Part shown: piece after piece, positions 32,485-42,732 of the stretch
How the letters are laid out: each line of letters starts with the position of its first letter
Position numbering within the stretch: position 1 is the first letter of the stretch
Virus record (IMG/VR): IMGVR_UViG_3300030380_005342
Coordinates: 1 to 64,000 of that record
Source: a virus
DNA: 64,000 bases
Direction: 5' to 3' (one strand)
Program-made: the position numbers and the translations under genes
The notes under the pieces: generated by a model
Told to the model about the DNA's origin: nothing
Seen by the model: the letters and a program-made list of their open reading frames with translations, nothing else
Databases searched by the model: none

Positions 32485-32496
32485 TCTAAGAAAGAA

Positions 32497-32502
32497 TAAA
32501 TA
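32497..32502 (+). promoter_or_regulatory. Late promoter TAAATA upstream of gp18
   Basis: ATAAATA, then AAGGAG SD and ATG 32528. Confidence 0.7.
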
Positions 32503-32527
32503 ATAGGCATACTAAGGAGAATCGTCT

Positions 32528-34960
32528 ATGGCATTTCAAGTCAGCCCCGGTGTTCAAGTTAAAGAAATCGATCTTACCTCCATTATCCCTGCTGTTGCCA
32601 CAACGCGGGCTGGTTTTGCTGGAGAATTTGATTGGGGTCCAGCGGAAGTTATTACCACTGTTACTGGTGTCAACTCCCTGAGAGAGAACTTCTCTGACCC
32701 ATCCGATACAAACTACGTCAGTTGGTTCACAGCAGCCAACTTCCTTGCTTATACAAACAACCTTCAAGTTGTTCGTGTTCTTGGATCTGGTGCTAAAAAC
32801 GCTGCTTCAATCGGCACAGGTGTTTTGATTAAGAATAGAGATGACTATGATAGCAAAAGTGCCTCTGATTTAGGTGATAACGTCTGGATCGCAAAATTTG
32901 CTGGTGGTGCTTCTGGTGCAAATGATGGTACTCTTGGTAACTCGATTCAAGTTTCTGCATTCAACAGAACCACAACAAACATTGAGTTGTTTGACTTTAA
33001 CACCTTTGGTGCTATCACTGGTATTGCAACTGCTGGTAGTTCAACTGAATCGGGTAACTACTCCCCACCTGCCGCTGACAAAACATTCTACTTTGCTTCG
33101 AATACTTTAGTTGCTGATGGCTTTACCAAAGGCACAGTTATTGATGTTGCAAATGCTGGAACCACTGGAACAAATGCTGCTGATAATTTATTGATTGAAG
33201 GATTGAACAGCAGACTCGTCACGGGAACCACCGCAGCAGTCGCATTTAGCATGACCGCTGGTCATACGGGAACAGGCTTTACAATCGGTGGAGCATCAAC
33301 CGGAATCACAGGTCTTCGTGTTGTTGGAACCACGACACCGAGTTCAAATATCGCTGGTGGTGCGACTGGTACTCAAGTCAGAATTCATACCGCAGGACAT
33401 AACGGTGCAGCAGTTGAAATTCTTGGCATGATTCGAGGCATCACGGCTGAAGCATCAGCCATGACTTTAGATATTGCGTTTGGTGCAGCGATTGGTGCAA
33501 CATTCTTTGCCGCTGCCGGAGCGACCATTGACATCTTAGGTACGATTGAAGTTGGGTCAACCGCTGCGAATCAAGCAGGCAAAACTGCTGCACAAATCAC
33601 ACCAAGATTTGCAAGTAACTTTACCACCAATCTTCCTGCAACGAGTCAATTTACTTTGCAAAAAGGTGCAACAAACGACTTGCTCAATGTGGCAGTCATT
33701 GACCACGCTGGTGACTGGACAGGTAACACTGGTGAAGTTCTTGAGGTCTTCGATGGTGTCTCGGTGAACCCGAACGCTAAAGATTTTGCTGGAAACTCAA
33801 TCTTCTACAAAAATGTTATTAATGATCAATCCGAATACATCTACTTTGGTGCGAAGCATGTTGATGCAGGATCTACTGCCGGTATGCAACCCGGAGGCAC
33901 AGATAACCTTGGCAACGCAGGTGCATCTTTCGGTGTAGCCGCTGGTAGTGGAACAAACTATCATCTTCTGCCCAAAGCAGCAACCGTACAACTTGGTGGT
34001 GGCACTTCTGGTGCAGCCGTCACGGACTTCATCACCAACGGATTCGATAAGTTCTCAGATACAGAAACAGTTGATGTCAACATTCTCGTTGGCGGTGGTG
34101 TGACAGGTAACAATGCGAAGAGCGTTGCAGAAATCGCACTGAATAGAAAAGATGCGATTGCATTCTTCTCACCACCTCAAGATGCTGTTCTTGACTCCAC
34201 CGGATCTTCACCCCTTTCACAGATTCAAGCAACTGCAAACGCTGTTGCATATCGTAAGGGTCTGAATGGCAATGTCAGTGGTGGTAGCAAAGATTACACT
34301 TCTGGTAACCTTAATATTAATAACTCTTACGCTGTTCTTGATAGTGGTTGGAAATACTGCTTTGACAGATTCAACGATGTTTTCAGATATATTCCACTCA
34401 ATGCTGATACCGCTGGTGTGACCGTTCGAACCGATATTCTCGGTGAGCCTTGGTTCTCTCCTGCTGGATTCAACAGAGGACAGTTGAACGGAGTTGTCAA
34501 ACTCGCTTACAGCCCTGTGAAGAGCCAACGGGATGATCTCTACTCAAGTCAGGTCAACCCTGTTGTATCCTTCCCCGGTCAAGGCACTGTGTTGTTTGGT
34601 GATAAAACAATGCAATCTTCACCGTCTGCTTTTGATAGAATCAATGTTCGAAGATTGTTCATCATTCTTGAGAAAGCAATTTCAACAGCAGCCAAGTTCC
34701 AACTCTTTGAAATCAACGATGCATTCACACGATCACAATTTAGAGGTTTGGTTGAGCCATTCTTGCGAGATGTTCAAGCAAGAAGAGGTATCACGGACTT
34801 CAAGGTTGTGTGTGACGAAAGTAACAACACTTCAAGTGTCATCGATAGAAACGAATTTGTTGCAAGTATTTTTGTCAAGCCAACACGCTCGATCAACTTC
34901 ATCACCCTTAACTTTATTGCCTCTGCGACTGGTGTAAACTTTGACGAGATCGGTGGATAA
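32528..34960 (+). CDS. gp18: Tail sheath protein gp18 with Gly/Thr/Ala-rich insertion
   Basis: SPGVQVKEIDLT, F.WGP, PWFSPAGFNRG, RD.LY...VNPV, GDKT, FDRINVRRLF, FEIND..TR, KP.RSINFI.LNF.A. Confidence 0.98.
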   Translation: MAFQVSPGVQVKEIDLTSIIPAVATTRAGFAGEFDWGPAEVITTVTGVNSLRENFSDPSDTNYVSWFTAANFLAYTNNLQVVRVLGSGAKNAASIGTGVLIKNRDDYDSKSASDLGDNVWIAKFAGGASGANDGTLGNSIQVSAFNRTTTNIELFDFNTFGAITGIATAGSSTESGNYSPPAADKTFYFASNTLVADGFTKGTVIDVANAGTTGTNAADNLLIEGLNSRLVTGTTAAVAFSMTAGHTGTGFTIGGASTGITGLRVVGTTTPSSNIAGGATGTQVRIHTAGHNGAAVEILGMIRGITAEASAMTLDIAFGAAIGATFFAAAGATIDILGTIEVGSTAANQAGKTAAQITPRFASNFTTNLPATSQFTLQKGATNDLLNVAVIDHAGDWTGNTGEVLEVFDGVSVNPNAKDFAGNSIFYKNVINDQSEYIYFGAKHVDAGSTAGMQPGGTDNLGNAGASFGVAAGSGTNYHLLPKAATVQLGGGTSGAAVTDFITNGFDKFSDTETVDVNILVGGGVTGNNAKSVAEIALNRKDAIAFFSPPQDAVLDSTGSSPLSQIQATANAVAYRKGLNGNVSGGSKDYTSGNLNINNSYAVLDSGWKYCFDRFNDVFRYIPLNADTAGVTVRTDILGEPWFSPAGFNRGQLNGVVKLAYSPVKSQRDDLYSSQVNPVVSFPGQGTVLFGDKTMQSSPSAFDRINVRRLFIILEKAISTAAKFQLFEINDAFTRSQFRGLVEPFLRDVQARRGITDFKVVCDESNNTSSVIDRNEFVASIFVKPTRSINFITLNFIASATGVNFDEIGG

Positions 34961-34962
34961 CG

Positions 34963-34970
34963 TATACATA
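34963..34970 (+). promoter_or_regulatory. Late promoter TATACATA upstream of gp19
   Basis: One mismatch to T4 TATAAATA; GAGGAG SD follows. Confidence 0.6.
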
Positions 34971-34987
34971 ACTCAGAGGAGAAATAA

Positions 34988-35548
34988 ATGAACATTGATA
35001 AGTTCAAAAACGCAATCGGTGGTGGAGTTAGACCTTCGCTTTTTAGAGTAAGAGGTAATATCGGCTCGTCCACCAGCCCTGATTCTCTTAGTTTTTTATG
35101 CACAGCATCTTCGCTTCCCGCTTCAAGTCTTGGAACAATCGAAGCACCCTACAGAGGAAGAACTCTTAAACTTCCCGGTTCACGAACCTTTGAAGATTGG
35201 TCAATTACAATCTTAAATGATGAGGGAATGAACCTTAGAACTTTGTTTGAGAAGTGGCTTGATGATTTGAATGGAGCAGTATCAAACGTTGCTGCAAGAG
35301 ATATTAATCTTAGCAATAACATCGACTTCCCAACGTGGGCGGTTGATCAACTTGATAGAAATGGCAGTCCCATTAAATCTTATGAATTACATTATTGTTT
35401 CCCAACCTCAGTCTCCGCAGTTGAACTGTCGGCTGAAGGCGAAGGACTTTCTGACTTTGAAGTGTCCCTTGCATACACCTATCACCTCACTAGCGGTGTG
35501 AATGGTATTCAAGTCGGCACTGCGCCCGCAAGAGGCGACAACTCGTAA
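34988..35548 (+). CDS. gp19: Tail tube protein gp19
   Basis: GGG.RP.LF.V, FLC.A.SLP.S, PYRGR..K.PG.RTFEDW.IT..ND, R..FE.W, QLDR.G, FPT.VS. Confidence 0.96.
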   Translation: MNIDKFKNAIGGGVRPSLFRVRGNIGSSTSPDSLSFLCTASSLPASSLGTIEAPYRGRTLKLPGSRTFEDWSITILNDEGMNLRTLFEKWLDDLNGAVSNVAARDINLSNNIDFPTWAVDQLDRNGSPIKSYELHYCFPTSVSAVELSAEGEGLSDFEVSLAYTYHLTSGVNGIQVGTAPARGDNS

Positions 35549-35557
35549 GGATAGATT

Positions 35558-37084
35558 ATGCCTATTGAACTTTTTGGATTTTCTCTTGGACGTAGCGACA
35601 GGAGAAAAAATGTATCTACACCTGCCACTACCTTTCAGAGTGAAGTAAAAAATTCTAAGTCTTTCGTACCACCCGAAATTGATGATGCATACACCGTTGA
35701 TGCCGGTGGTGTTTTCGGAACTTATGTTGATCTTGATGGTCAACTTCGTAACGAAAATGAATACATTAAAAAATACAGAGAGATGGCTTCCCAACCAGAA
35801 CTTGAGCAGGCGATTGAGGACATTTGCAATGAGGCGATTGTTTACGATGAACAAAGATATCCAATTAATTTGAAACTTGATTTTATCGATCAACCGGAAA
35901 GTGTAAAAAACTCAATCCGAAAAGAGTTTCAAAAAATCTTAAGACTTCTTGACTTCCAAAACAGAGGCTATGAAATCTTTAGACGTTGGTACATTGATGG
36001 CAAGGGCTACTATCACATGGTTGTAGATCCTAAAAATACCAAAAAGGGTATCATAGAAATGCGTCCAATTGACGCTTCCAAAATTAAAAAGATTGCTAAG
36101 GTAGATAAAAAAACTGATCCTAAGACGGGGGCTAAAACAGTTGAATCTATCAAAGAAGTTTATGTCTTTAGAGAAAAACCTGATGATGCAAATGGTTTAG
36201 AGATTGCTCCCGAAGCAGTTGATTACTTTCCTTCAGGACTTTTTGACGCATCAAGAACGAGAGCGATCTCATATATTCACAAAGCAATCAAGCCGTTAAA
36301 TCAACTTCGAATGGTTGAGGATGCGACTGTGATTTACAGACTTGCCCGCGCACCTGAACGAAGAATCTTTTATGTTGATGTTGGTTCTTTGCCTAAAACA
36401 AAAGCGGAGCAATACGTCCGTGAACTCATGAATCGTTATCGCAACAAGTTAGTTTATGATTCGTCAACAGGCGATATCAGAGATGACAAAAAATACATGT
36501 CAATGATGGAGGACTTCTGGTTCCCCCGAAGAGAGGGTGGAAAAGGTACGCAGGTTGACACACTTCAAGGTGGTCAAAACTTGGGCGAGATGGATGATGT
36601 TTTGTATTTTGAAAAGAAACTTTATAGAGCCTTGAATGTGCCTTTGTCTAGAATTGAAACCGATACCGGGTTCAATATGGGTAGGGCATCTGAAATCAGT
36701 AGAGATGAACTTAATTTTCAAAAATTTATTGATCGTCTTCGAAACAAATTCAATGTGATGTTCTTGAATGCTCTTCGTGTTCAACTTGTTCTTACGGGTG
36801 TTATCACCGAGAAGGAGTGGTACTCGATGGTACAGGACATTCGTTTTGAGTATGTTTCCGATTCATACTTCACTGAAAGTAAAGATTACGAGATACTTCA
36901 AGAAAGACTAAATATTCTTAGTTCTATCAATGATTCTATTGGTGAGTATTACTCACGCGAGTGGGTGAGAAAAAATATTCTTCGGCAGAATGAAAAAGAG
37001 ATTAAAGAAGAAGATAGAAAAATTGCTAAAGAACGAGAAGATGGAGTTCTGCCTCCGAAGTCAGCAGAAGGAATGGGGTTCTAA
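35558..37084 (+). CDS. gp20: Portal vertex protein gp20
   Basis: LFGF, I..YR.MA..PE, FRRWY.DG, HKAIKP.NQLRM.EDA.VIYR..RAPERRIFY.DVG, EDFW.PRREGG.GT. Confidence 0.98.
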   Translation: MPIELFGFSLGRSDRRKNVSTPATTFQSEVKNSKSFVPPEIDDAYTVDAGGVFGTYVDLDGQLRNENEYIKKYREMASQPELEQAIEDICNEAIVYDEQRYPINLKLDFIDQPESVKNSIRKEFQKILRLLDFQNRGYEIFRRWYIDGKGYYHMVVDPKNTKKGIIEMRPIDASKIKKIAKVDKKTDPKTGAKTVESIKEVYVFREKPDDANGLEIAPEAVDYFPSGLFDASRTRAISYIHKAIKPLNQLRMVEDATVIYRLARAPERRIFYVDVGSLPKTKAEQYVRELMNRYRNKLVYDSSTGDIRDDKKYMSMMEDFWFPRREGGKGTQVDTLQGGQNLGEMDDVLYFEKKLYRALNVPLSRIETDTGFNMGRASEISRDELNFQKFIDRLRNKFNVMFLNALRVQLVLTGVITEKEWYSMVQDIRFEYVSDSYFTESKDYEILQERLNILSSINDSIGEYYSREWVRKNILRQNEKEIKEEDRKIAKEREDGVLPPKSAEGMGF

Positions 37085-37782
37085 TGTCAGAGTATTCTAC
37101 TGATTCTGAGTTCAAAAAACTTTTAAATAAAAAGTTAAGCGAGCGTGCCTTGCAACTGCTGTCTGTGTATGAAGAGGCTGTTGCAAAGGGTGAAACAGAA
37201 GAAAAAGAGACTGAAGAAAAAGAAGCCGCTGAAACTGAAAAGATTAAGAGTGAGAAAGAAGAGAACAAGGCTGATATCAAAAAGAAAGAAGCAGAGATCA
37301 AGAAGGATGCAGACGATGTTGCACTTGATCCAGAGTTTCAGAAAGAATTCTTTCTTGATACCTTTAACTACAAGGGCAAAGTGATCACACTCAAAAAGGT
37401 TGGCATGGGAGCATCTGCCCCTGTTTCTGCGTATGTGGATGGTAAACGAGCCGATATTTTCCTGACACAAAAACAAGCCCTCGCAGGCATCAAAAAGATT
37501 ATTGATTTAAAGGCAGTCAAAGAACAAACAAATTTAGATTCAATTCATCCAGTCAGTATCAAAAATATTCAAGAGATCGGAACCAAAGGATCTAATCTCA
37601 AACACAGTGATGGAAATATTACATTTTTTAGTTTTGATGATGCATCTAATATTTTGGAAATGTATGAGAATCTAAATAATAGGAACAAAAAACTTTTCCA
37701 AAAAGAACTTGGTGGATCACAAAAGGCAGCCGTTGGCATGATTCACCACTTTCAAGAAATGCTTAAAAGGGATCTAGTATGA
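37084..37782 (+). CDS. Hypothetical prohead core-associated protein (gp67/gp68 position)
   Basis: Glu/Lys-rich 232 aa between portal and protease. Confidence 0.5.
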   Translation: MSEYSTDSEFKKLLNKKLSERALQLLSVYEEAVAKGETEEKETEEKEAAETEKIKSEKEENKADIKKKEAEIKKDADDVALDPEFQKEFFLDTFNYKGKVITLKKVGMGASAPVSAYVDGKRADIFLTQKQALAGIKKIIDLKAVKEQTNLDSIHPVSIKNIQEIGTKGSNLKHSDGNITFFSFDDASNILEMYENLNNRNKKLFQKELGGSQKAAVGMIHHFQEMLKRDLV

Positions 37783-39293
37783 GTAACATGAAAGAAATCA
37801 TCCAAGCCGTAGCAAAACAGCAGTTCAACGCTGCAAATGAAATGATTACACAAAAACTTTCAGAAAAAATTTCTGATGCTCTGATTACTAGAAAAGAGAC
37901 TGTTGGTCGTGAGTTTGCTGCTAGTGTTAATGAAGAAAAACGAGACTATAAAACATTCTTCAATGCTGCCATGAAGAAGTTTAATATCTCTTCCCCCGCT
38001 GATCTTAAATCAGATCAAGAAAAGAAAGAGTTTTTTGAATACATTGATAAAAACTTTAAAGGTGTTGAAGAGGAAGAGCCTGAACCCGGAGATCCCGGTT
38101 ATGTTCCCCCATATGTTCCTCAGTTGATTAGAGATCCTAGAAGACCAATCGCACCATATGAACCAACAAATCCTGTGAGTCCGAAACCCTTACCCATCGA
38201 CCCAGATAATCCTGATGTAATTCCTTACATGCCTATCCCCGGTTTCATCGAAGATCCTTTCACTGATCCAAACAATCCTGATCGAGATCCAACTAGACCT
38301 CTAAGCACTCCTCCAGTTGAAGGTGAGGCATACGGTTCGGAAGAAGAATTGATGGGAGCCTTACAAAAGTTGATGGGCGGTTCAAAAAAAAAAGAGGAAC
38401 TAAGAAAGTTCCAAACCCCCGGACAACAGGATATTGAACAAGGTAAGATGTCCTCTCCTTTTCAATTGAAAGGTTTTAAAGGAAAAGGTCAAGCAATTTT
38501 CACTGACCCCGCTGGTCCCGTAGCCCAAAATCCTGTCGAGCAACCGGGAGATGCTAATCCCTATAAGAGTGGGTCTGCTGAAGTCAGAGATCCCGCACCT
38601 AAAGGTAATCCCCAGACAGTAGGTGATATTGATGTTGAGTCAGATCGCAAGCGAGGTGAATTTGGTTTAGGCACAGGAGCGATTCCAGCACAAAGAAAGA
38701 TCGCAGGAAGCATGACCACCACTGATCTTGATCGCTCTAAGAAAGATTATGATTTAGAGGATGAAGAAGAAATGTTTGGAAGAAGACCTGTGACACCACC
38801 TGAAACACCACGCCCTATGAACCCCGGAGATATTCCTAACAGACCCATCCTCCCCGGACCCGGAAGACCTGATCTAGATCCCCCCCGTAAACCACAACCA
38901 AATCCCGGTGGTCCCAATCGACCCTTCCTTCCCGGTCCCGGTAGACCGGATATTCTTCCAGCACCAGATGATGTAAATCCTTTGCCTTCGCCAGATTTCT
39001 TTGATCCGATGGGTGATCATGATGGCGATGGAAGACCTAACTATATGGACCCGGATCACCCTTACTACAATCCGGGTGCGCCTCAAGTTTATGGTACTGA
39101 AGGGGAGGCGTATGATGATGAGGAGGAAGAGTTGGGTGCAGACGCTATCGGCTCACCAGAAGCAAGGGCAAAAAGACCAGTCGAAGATGATCCAGTATTT
39201 AAAGTTGCAAAAACTTTAGACGCGGATGATGGTCTTGAAACAGATGATCCATTTAGAACCACCATGAAACTTAAGAAAAGAAGGAGAGCGTAA
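37779..39293 (+). CDS. Putative prohead core protein with long Pro-rich, low-complexity extension
   Basis: Short helical N-terminus (gp67-like ...LSEKI.DAL...K), then Pro-rich repeats and a DxDxDGxxNxxD motif; CTAAATA at 37672-37678 upstream. Confidence 0.5.
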   Translation: MSNMKEIIQAVAKQQFNAANEMITQKLSEKISDALITRKETVGREFAASVNEEKRDYKTFFNAAMKKFNISSPADLKSDQEKKEFFEYIDKNFKGVEEEEPEPGDPGYVPPYVPQLIRDPRRPIAPYEPTNPVSPKPLPIDPDNPDVIPYMPIPGFIEDPFTDPNNPDRDPTRPLSTPPVEGEAYGSEEELMGALQKLMGGSKKKEELRKFQTPGQQDIEQGKMSSPFQLKGFKGKGQAIFTDPAGPVAQNPVEQPGDANPYKSGSAEVRDPAPKGNPQTVGDIDVESDRKRGEFGLGTGAIPAQRKIAGSMTTTDLDRSKKDYDLEDEEEMFGRRPVTPPETPRPMNPGDIPNRPILPGPGRPDLDPPRKPQPNPGGPNRPFLPGPGRPDILPAPDDVNPLPSPDFFDPMGDHDGDGRPNYMDPDHPYYNPGAPQVYGTEGEAYDDEEEELGADAIGSPEARAKRPVEDDPVFKVAKTLDADDGLETDDPFRTTMKLKKRRRA

Positions 39294-39949
39294 TGTTACT
39301 CATCACTGAACACACCGAAGATGTTAATCTAATCACCGAAGAGGTTGATGGCGAAAAACAATATCATATTGATGGTGTTTTTATGCAAGCCGAACAAAAG
39401 AATCGTAATGGTCGTGTGTATCCAAACAAGACATTGATGAATGAAGTGGCTCGATACAATAGGGAATATGTAACACCAAGTCGTGCGATGGGTGAACTCG
39501 GACACCCCGATGGTCCCCAACTTAATCTTGAAAGAGTGTCTCACTTAATTAAAGAACTTCGTATCGATGGAAATGATGTCTATGGAAAGGCAAAAATTCT
39601 TGATACTCCATATGGTAAAATTGTAAAAGATCTTATCAAAGAAGGAGTTAAGATCGGTGTCTCATCTAGAGGTATGGGTTCACTTAAACAAAACAAAAAA
39701 GGTATCAATGAAGTACAAGATGATTTTAGTCTTGCCGCTGTTGATATTGTTGCAGATCCATCTGCTCCTGATGCCTATGTTCAGGGCATCATGGAAGGCA
39801 AAGAATGGGTGTGGGAAAACGGTATTCTCACATCCCGTGAAATTGAATCTCACAAAGAAGTGATTTCCAAAACTCCAAAAAGGAACTTAGACGAGGCTAA
39901 ATTGTATTGTTTCGCTGATTTCCTCTCAAAATTACGCAAACATAAATAA
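39293..39949 (+). CDS. gp21: Prohead protease gp21
   Basis: MLLITE, I.GVFMQ...KNRNGRVYP, GELGHP, VSH, GVSSRG.GSL, DIVADPSAP.A.V.GIME..EW. Confidence 0.98.
   Translation: MLLITEHTEDVNLITEEVDGEKQYHIDGVFMQAEQKNRNGRVYPNKTLMNEVARYNREYVTPSRAMGELGHPDGPQLNLERVSHLIKELRIDGNDVYGKAKILDTPYGKIVKDLIKEGVKIGVSSRGMGSLKQNKKGINEVQDDFSLAAVDIVADPSAPDAYVQGIMEGKEWVWENGILTSREIESHKEVISKTPKRNLDEAKLYCFADFLSKLRKHK
39943..39948 (+). promoter_or_regulatory. Late promoter TAAATA upstream of gp22
   Basis: ATAAATA, then AAGGAG SD. Confidence 0.65.
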
Positions 39950-39973
39950 AGAGGAACACTTAAGGAGAGTCCA

Positions 39974-41245
39974 ATGAGTCTTGATAACGCCCTTGAAACC
40001 GCAAGAAAAATTCTTGAAGAAGAAAGTTTTACCGATCCAACTAAACTCACTGCAATGCGGGCTGCCCGAAAAGCAACCGAAAAGTCTGAAAAGATGAAAA
40101 AGCATTCCAGTGGTGGGGAAGGTGAAGAAGTATCTGACGTTCCCGGCATGAAGGGATCTGAGATTAGTGCTGATGGCACAACTCCTAAAGTACCAGAACC
40201 AGTCACAGGTGGCACAGAGCCAGTTGATGATCTTTCCGACATGGAGCCAGAAGAAGAAATGTACGGCTCAGAGGAGGACATGGGAATGGGCATGATGAAA
40301 GCCATGATGAAAAAGAAAATGATGGGTGATGAAGAGGAAATGATGGATGATGATGAAGAAGAAATGATGGATGATGATGAAGAAGAAATGATGAACATGG
40401 ATGACGATAAGAAAAAGAAAATGATGATGATGCTCAAGAAAATGATGAGCGGTGGAGGAATGGGTGCAGGAATGAAAGGTATGTCCGAGGGATCTGATTA
40501 TCTTGGCAAACTTTTCTCTGGCGAAGAACTCTCAGAAGAATTCAAAGATAAAGCATCTACCATTTTCGAGGCTGCCGTTGAAATGAGAGTTGACGATATT
40601 CGTGCTGAACTTCACGAAGAGTTTGCACAAAAAGTTGAACTTCAAGTCGAGTCGATGGCAGAAAAAATGGACGATTATTTGTCTTATGTCGTTGAGAACT
40701 GGATGAAAGAAAATCAAGTTGCCATCGATACAGGTGTTCGTTCTGATGTCACTGAGTCCTTCATGATTGGATTGAAGAAACTCTTTGAAACTCACTACGT
40801 CACAATGCCAGAAGAGTCTTATGATTTGGTCGAGGGTTTAAATAATAAAGTCTTTGACCTAAACTCTCAACTGGACGAACAAATTAAGAAAAATATTTCA
40901 GTTATGAAGCAAATGACACAGGCACAAGCCGAGGCTGTGTATGAATCTCACACCAAGGGCATGACCGAAACTCAAGAGGCTCGAATGCGACAACTCGCAG
41001 AGAAGATTGATTTCGATGATGCTCAAGAATTTGCTGAAAAACTTGATATGTTAAAAGAAAACTTCTTCGGTGTTCATGAAGAAGAAGAAGTTTCAAACAG
41101 AACCCCTCTCGTTGAGGAATTTGCCATCACTGAAGAAGAGGCAGTCGAAGAAGAAAGACCAACTCTCGCTCCAACGATGGAAGCGTATACCAACGCACTC
41201 TCTCGCTCTGCGAAGATCGAAAGAAATAATACCTACTCTAAGTAA
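39974..41245 (+). CDS. gp22: Prohead core scaffold protein gp22
   Basis: LSEEFK.KA.TIFEAAV, D.YL.YVVE.W..EN.VA, ESF..GLK.LF..HY, M..Y..A. Confidence 0.95.
   Translation: MSLDNALETARKILEEESFTDPTKLTAMRAARKATEKSEKMKKHSSGGEGEEVSDVPGMKGSEISADGTTPKVPEPVTGGTEPVDDLSDMEPEEEMYGSEEDMGMGMMKAMMKKKMMGDEEEMMDDDEEEMMDDDEEEMMNMDDDKKKKMMMMLKKMMSGGGMGAGMKGMSEGSDYLGKLFSGEELSEEFKDKASTIFEAAVEMRVDDIRAELHEEFAQKVELQVESMAEKMDDYLSYVVENWMKENQVAIDTGVRSDVTESFMIGLKKLFETHYVTMPEESYDLVEGLNNKVFDLNSQLDEQIKKNISVMKQMTQAQAEAVYESHTKGMTETQEARMRQLAEKIDFDDAQEFAEKLDMLKENFFGVHEEEEVSNRTPLVEEFAITEEEAVEEERPTLAPTMEAYTNALSRSAKIERNNTYSK
40328..40393 (+). repeat. Tandem 24-nt repeat (about 2.75 copies) encoding DEEEMMDD in gp22
   Basis: gatgaaga(g/a)gaaatgatggatgat repeated. 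Confidence 0.85.
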
Positions 41246-41268
41246 GACTACCGAAAGGAAATTCAATA

Positions 41269-42711
41269 ATGTCTACTGAAACTCCATTAGTCGAAGGTCT
41301 GCGTCAGAAGTGGCAACCCGTCATCGAACATGCTGATCTTCCAGATATCCAAGACAGTTATCGCAAGAATGTTACTGCGATTCTGCTTGAAAACCAAGAA
41401 AAGGCTCTCCGCGAAGAAGCAAACGTTTCTGGCGTTGATGCCGTTTTCTCCGATACATCCGGTAACTTTAATAGTGTTTCCGGCTTCAACCCTGTTCTGA
41501 TCTCACTCGTTCGTAGATCTATGCCTAACTTGATCGCCTATGATGTCTGTGGTGTCCAGCCTATGTCTGGTCCTACAGGTCTGATCTTTGCGATGAAGGC
41601 TAAGTTCACCGCCCAAGGCTCTGCTGAAGCACTCTTCAATGAAGCCCCAACTGGATTCGGTGCTACCGTTGGTGGAGCCGCTGGTGCTACACAATCTGGT
41701 GCTGGATTCCCATCTTTCGGTGGAACTGGTGACCCTCTCGGTAACGTGTCTAGATCTGGTTCTACCACAGGTTACTCTGCTGGTCTTGGTTCTACGTCAG
41801 CCACCATTGACGTTGATCCCGGTGCGCCCACTTCATTCTTTGAAGGTAGCAATACCTTCGGTGAAATGGCTTTCTCAATCGACCGTCAATCGGTTGTTGC
41901 GAAAACTCGTGCATTGAAAGCAGAATACACCTCTGAGTTGGCTCAGGATCTTAAGGCTGTTCATGGTCTGGATGCTGAAACAGAATTGGCTAACATTCTC
42001 TCGGCTGAAATCCTTGCTGAAATCAACCGTGAAGTTATCCGCTCCATCTATCGTGGTGCAAAACTCGGCTGTCAGCAACGCGACCTTACTTTCAAGAGTA
42101 GTGGTGCAACAGTTCCTATCGCTGGCGATGCTGTCAATGGCGGTGGTGTCTATGATGTCCAACTCGACTCCGATGGTCGTTGGAGTGCTGAGAAGTTCCG
42201 TGGTCTGATGTTCCAAATCGACCGCGAAGCCAACGTGATTGCTAAAGAAACTCGTAGAGGAAAAGGTAACTTTATTATCTGCACCTCTGACGTTGCTTCG
42301 GCTCTCGCCATGTCTGGTTTCTTGAACTTGACCCCAACACCTAATGTCGATCTTGAAGTCGATGATACTGGCAACACCTTCGCAGGTACGTTGAACGGTA
42401 AGATTAAGGTCTACATTGACCCATACTCCGTGTCTGGTGCTGATTACATCACCGTTGGATATAGAGGCACAAGCCCCTATGACGCTGGTATGTTCTACTG
42501 CCCATACGTTCCTCTGCAAATGGTCAGAGCAGTCAACGAAACCAACTTCCAACCGAAGATTGGCTTCAAGACCCGTTACGGTATGGTAAACAACCCATAC
42601 GTTTCGGATGGCTCTAACTTGTCAGATCCGTTGGCTGCTGCTGCGGCTCGACAGAACCAATACTACCGTATCTTCCGTGTTCTTAACCTTCACGGTAATG
42701 GTACTCCCTAA
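41269..42711 (+). CDS. gp23: Major capsid protein gp23
   Basis: KW.P, TA.LLENQ, PVLISLVRR.MPNLIAYD.CGVQPM.GPTGLIFAM, RALKAEY..ELAQDLKA.HGLDAE.EL.NIL, FYCPYVPLQM, FQPKIGFKTRYG. Confidence 0.99.
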   Translation: MSTETPLVEGLRQKWQPVIEHADLPDIQDSYRKNVTAILLENQEKALREEANVSGVDAVFSDTSGNFNSVSGFNPVLISLVRRSMPNLIAYDVCGVQPMSGPTGLIFAMKAKFTAQGSAEALFNEAPTGFGATVGGAAGATQSGAGFPSFGGTGDPLGNVSRSGSTTGYSAGLGSTSATIDVDPGAPTSFFEGSNTFGEMAFSIDRQSVVAKTRALKAEYTSELAQDLKAVHGLDAETELANILSAEILAEINREVIRSIYRGAKLGCQQRDLTFKSSGATVPIAGDAVNGGGVYDVQLDSDGRWSAEKFRGLMFQIDREANVIAKETRRGKGNFIICTSDVASALAMSGFLNLTPTPNVDLEVDDTGNTFAGTLNGKIKVYIDPYSVSGADYITVGYRGTSPYDAGMFYCPYVPLQMVRAVNETNFQPKIGFKTRYGMVNNPYVSDGSNLSDPLAAAAARQNQYYRIFRVLNLHGNGTP

Positions 42712-42732
42712 GACTTAGAGTAGTTTATGACG

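Noticed and set aside
39850-40437. Ser-rich antisense ORF
   Set aside because: Reverse complement of the Glu/Asp/Met repeat in gp22
41875-42552. 225-aa antisense ORF opposite gp23 (and similar short ORFs throughout)
   Set aside because: Fully overlap well-supported genes; explained by codon bias
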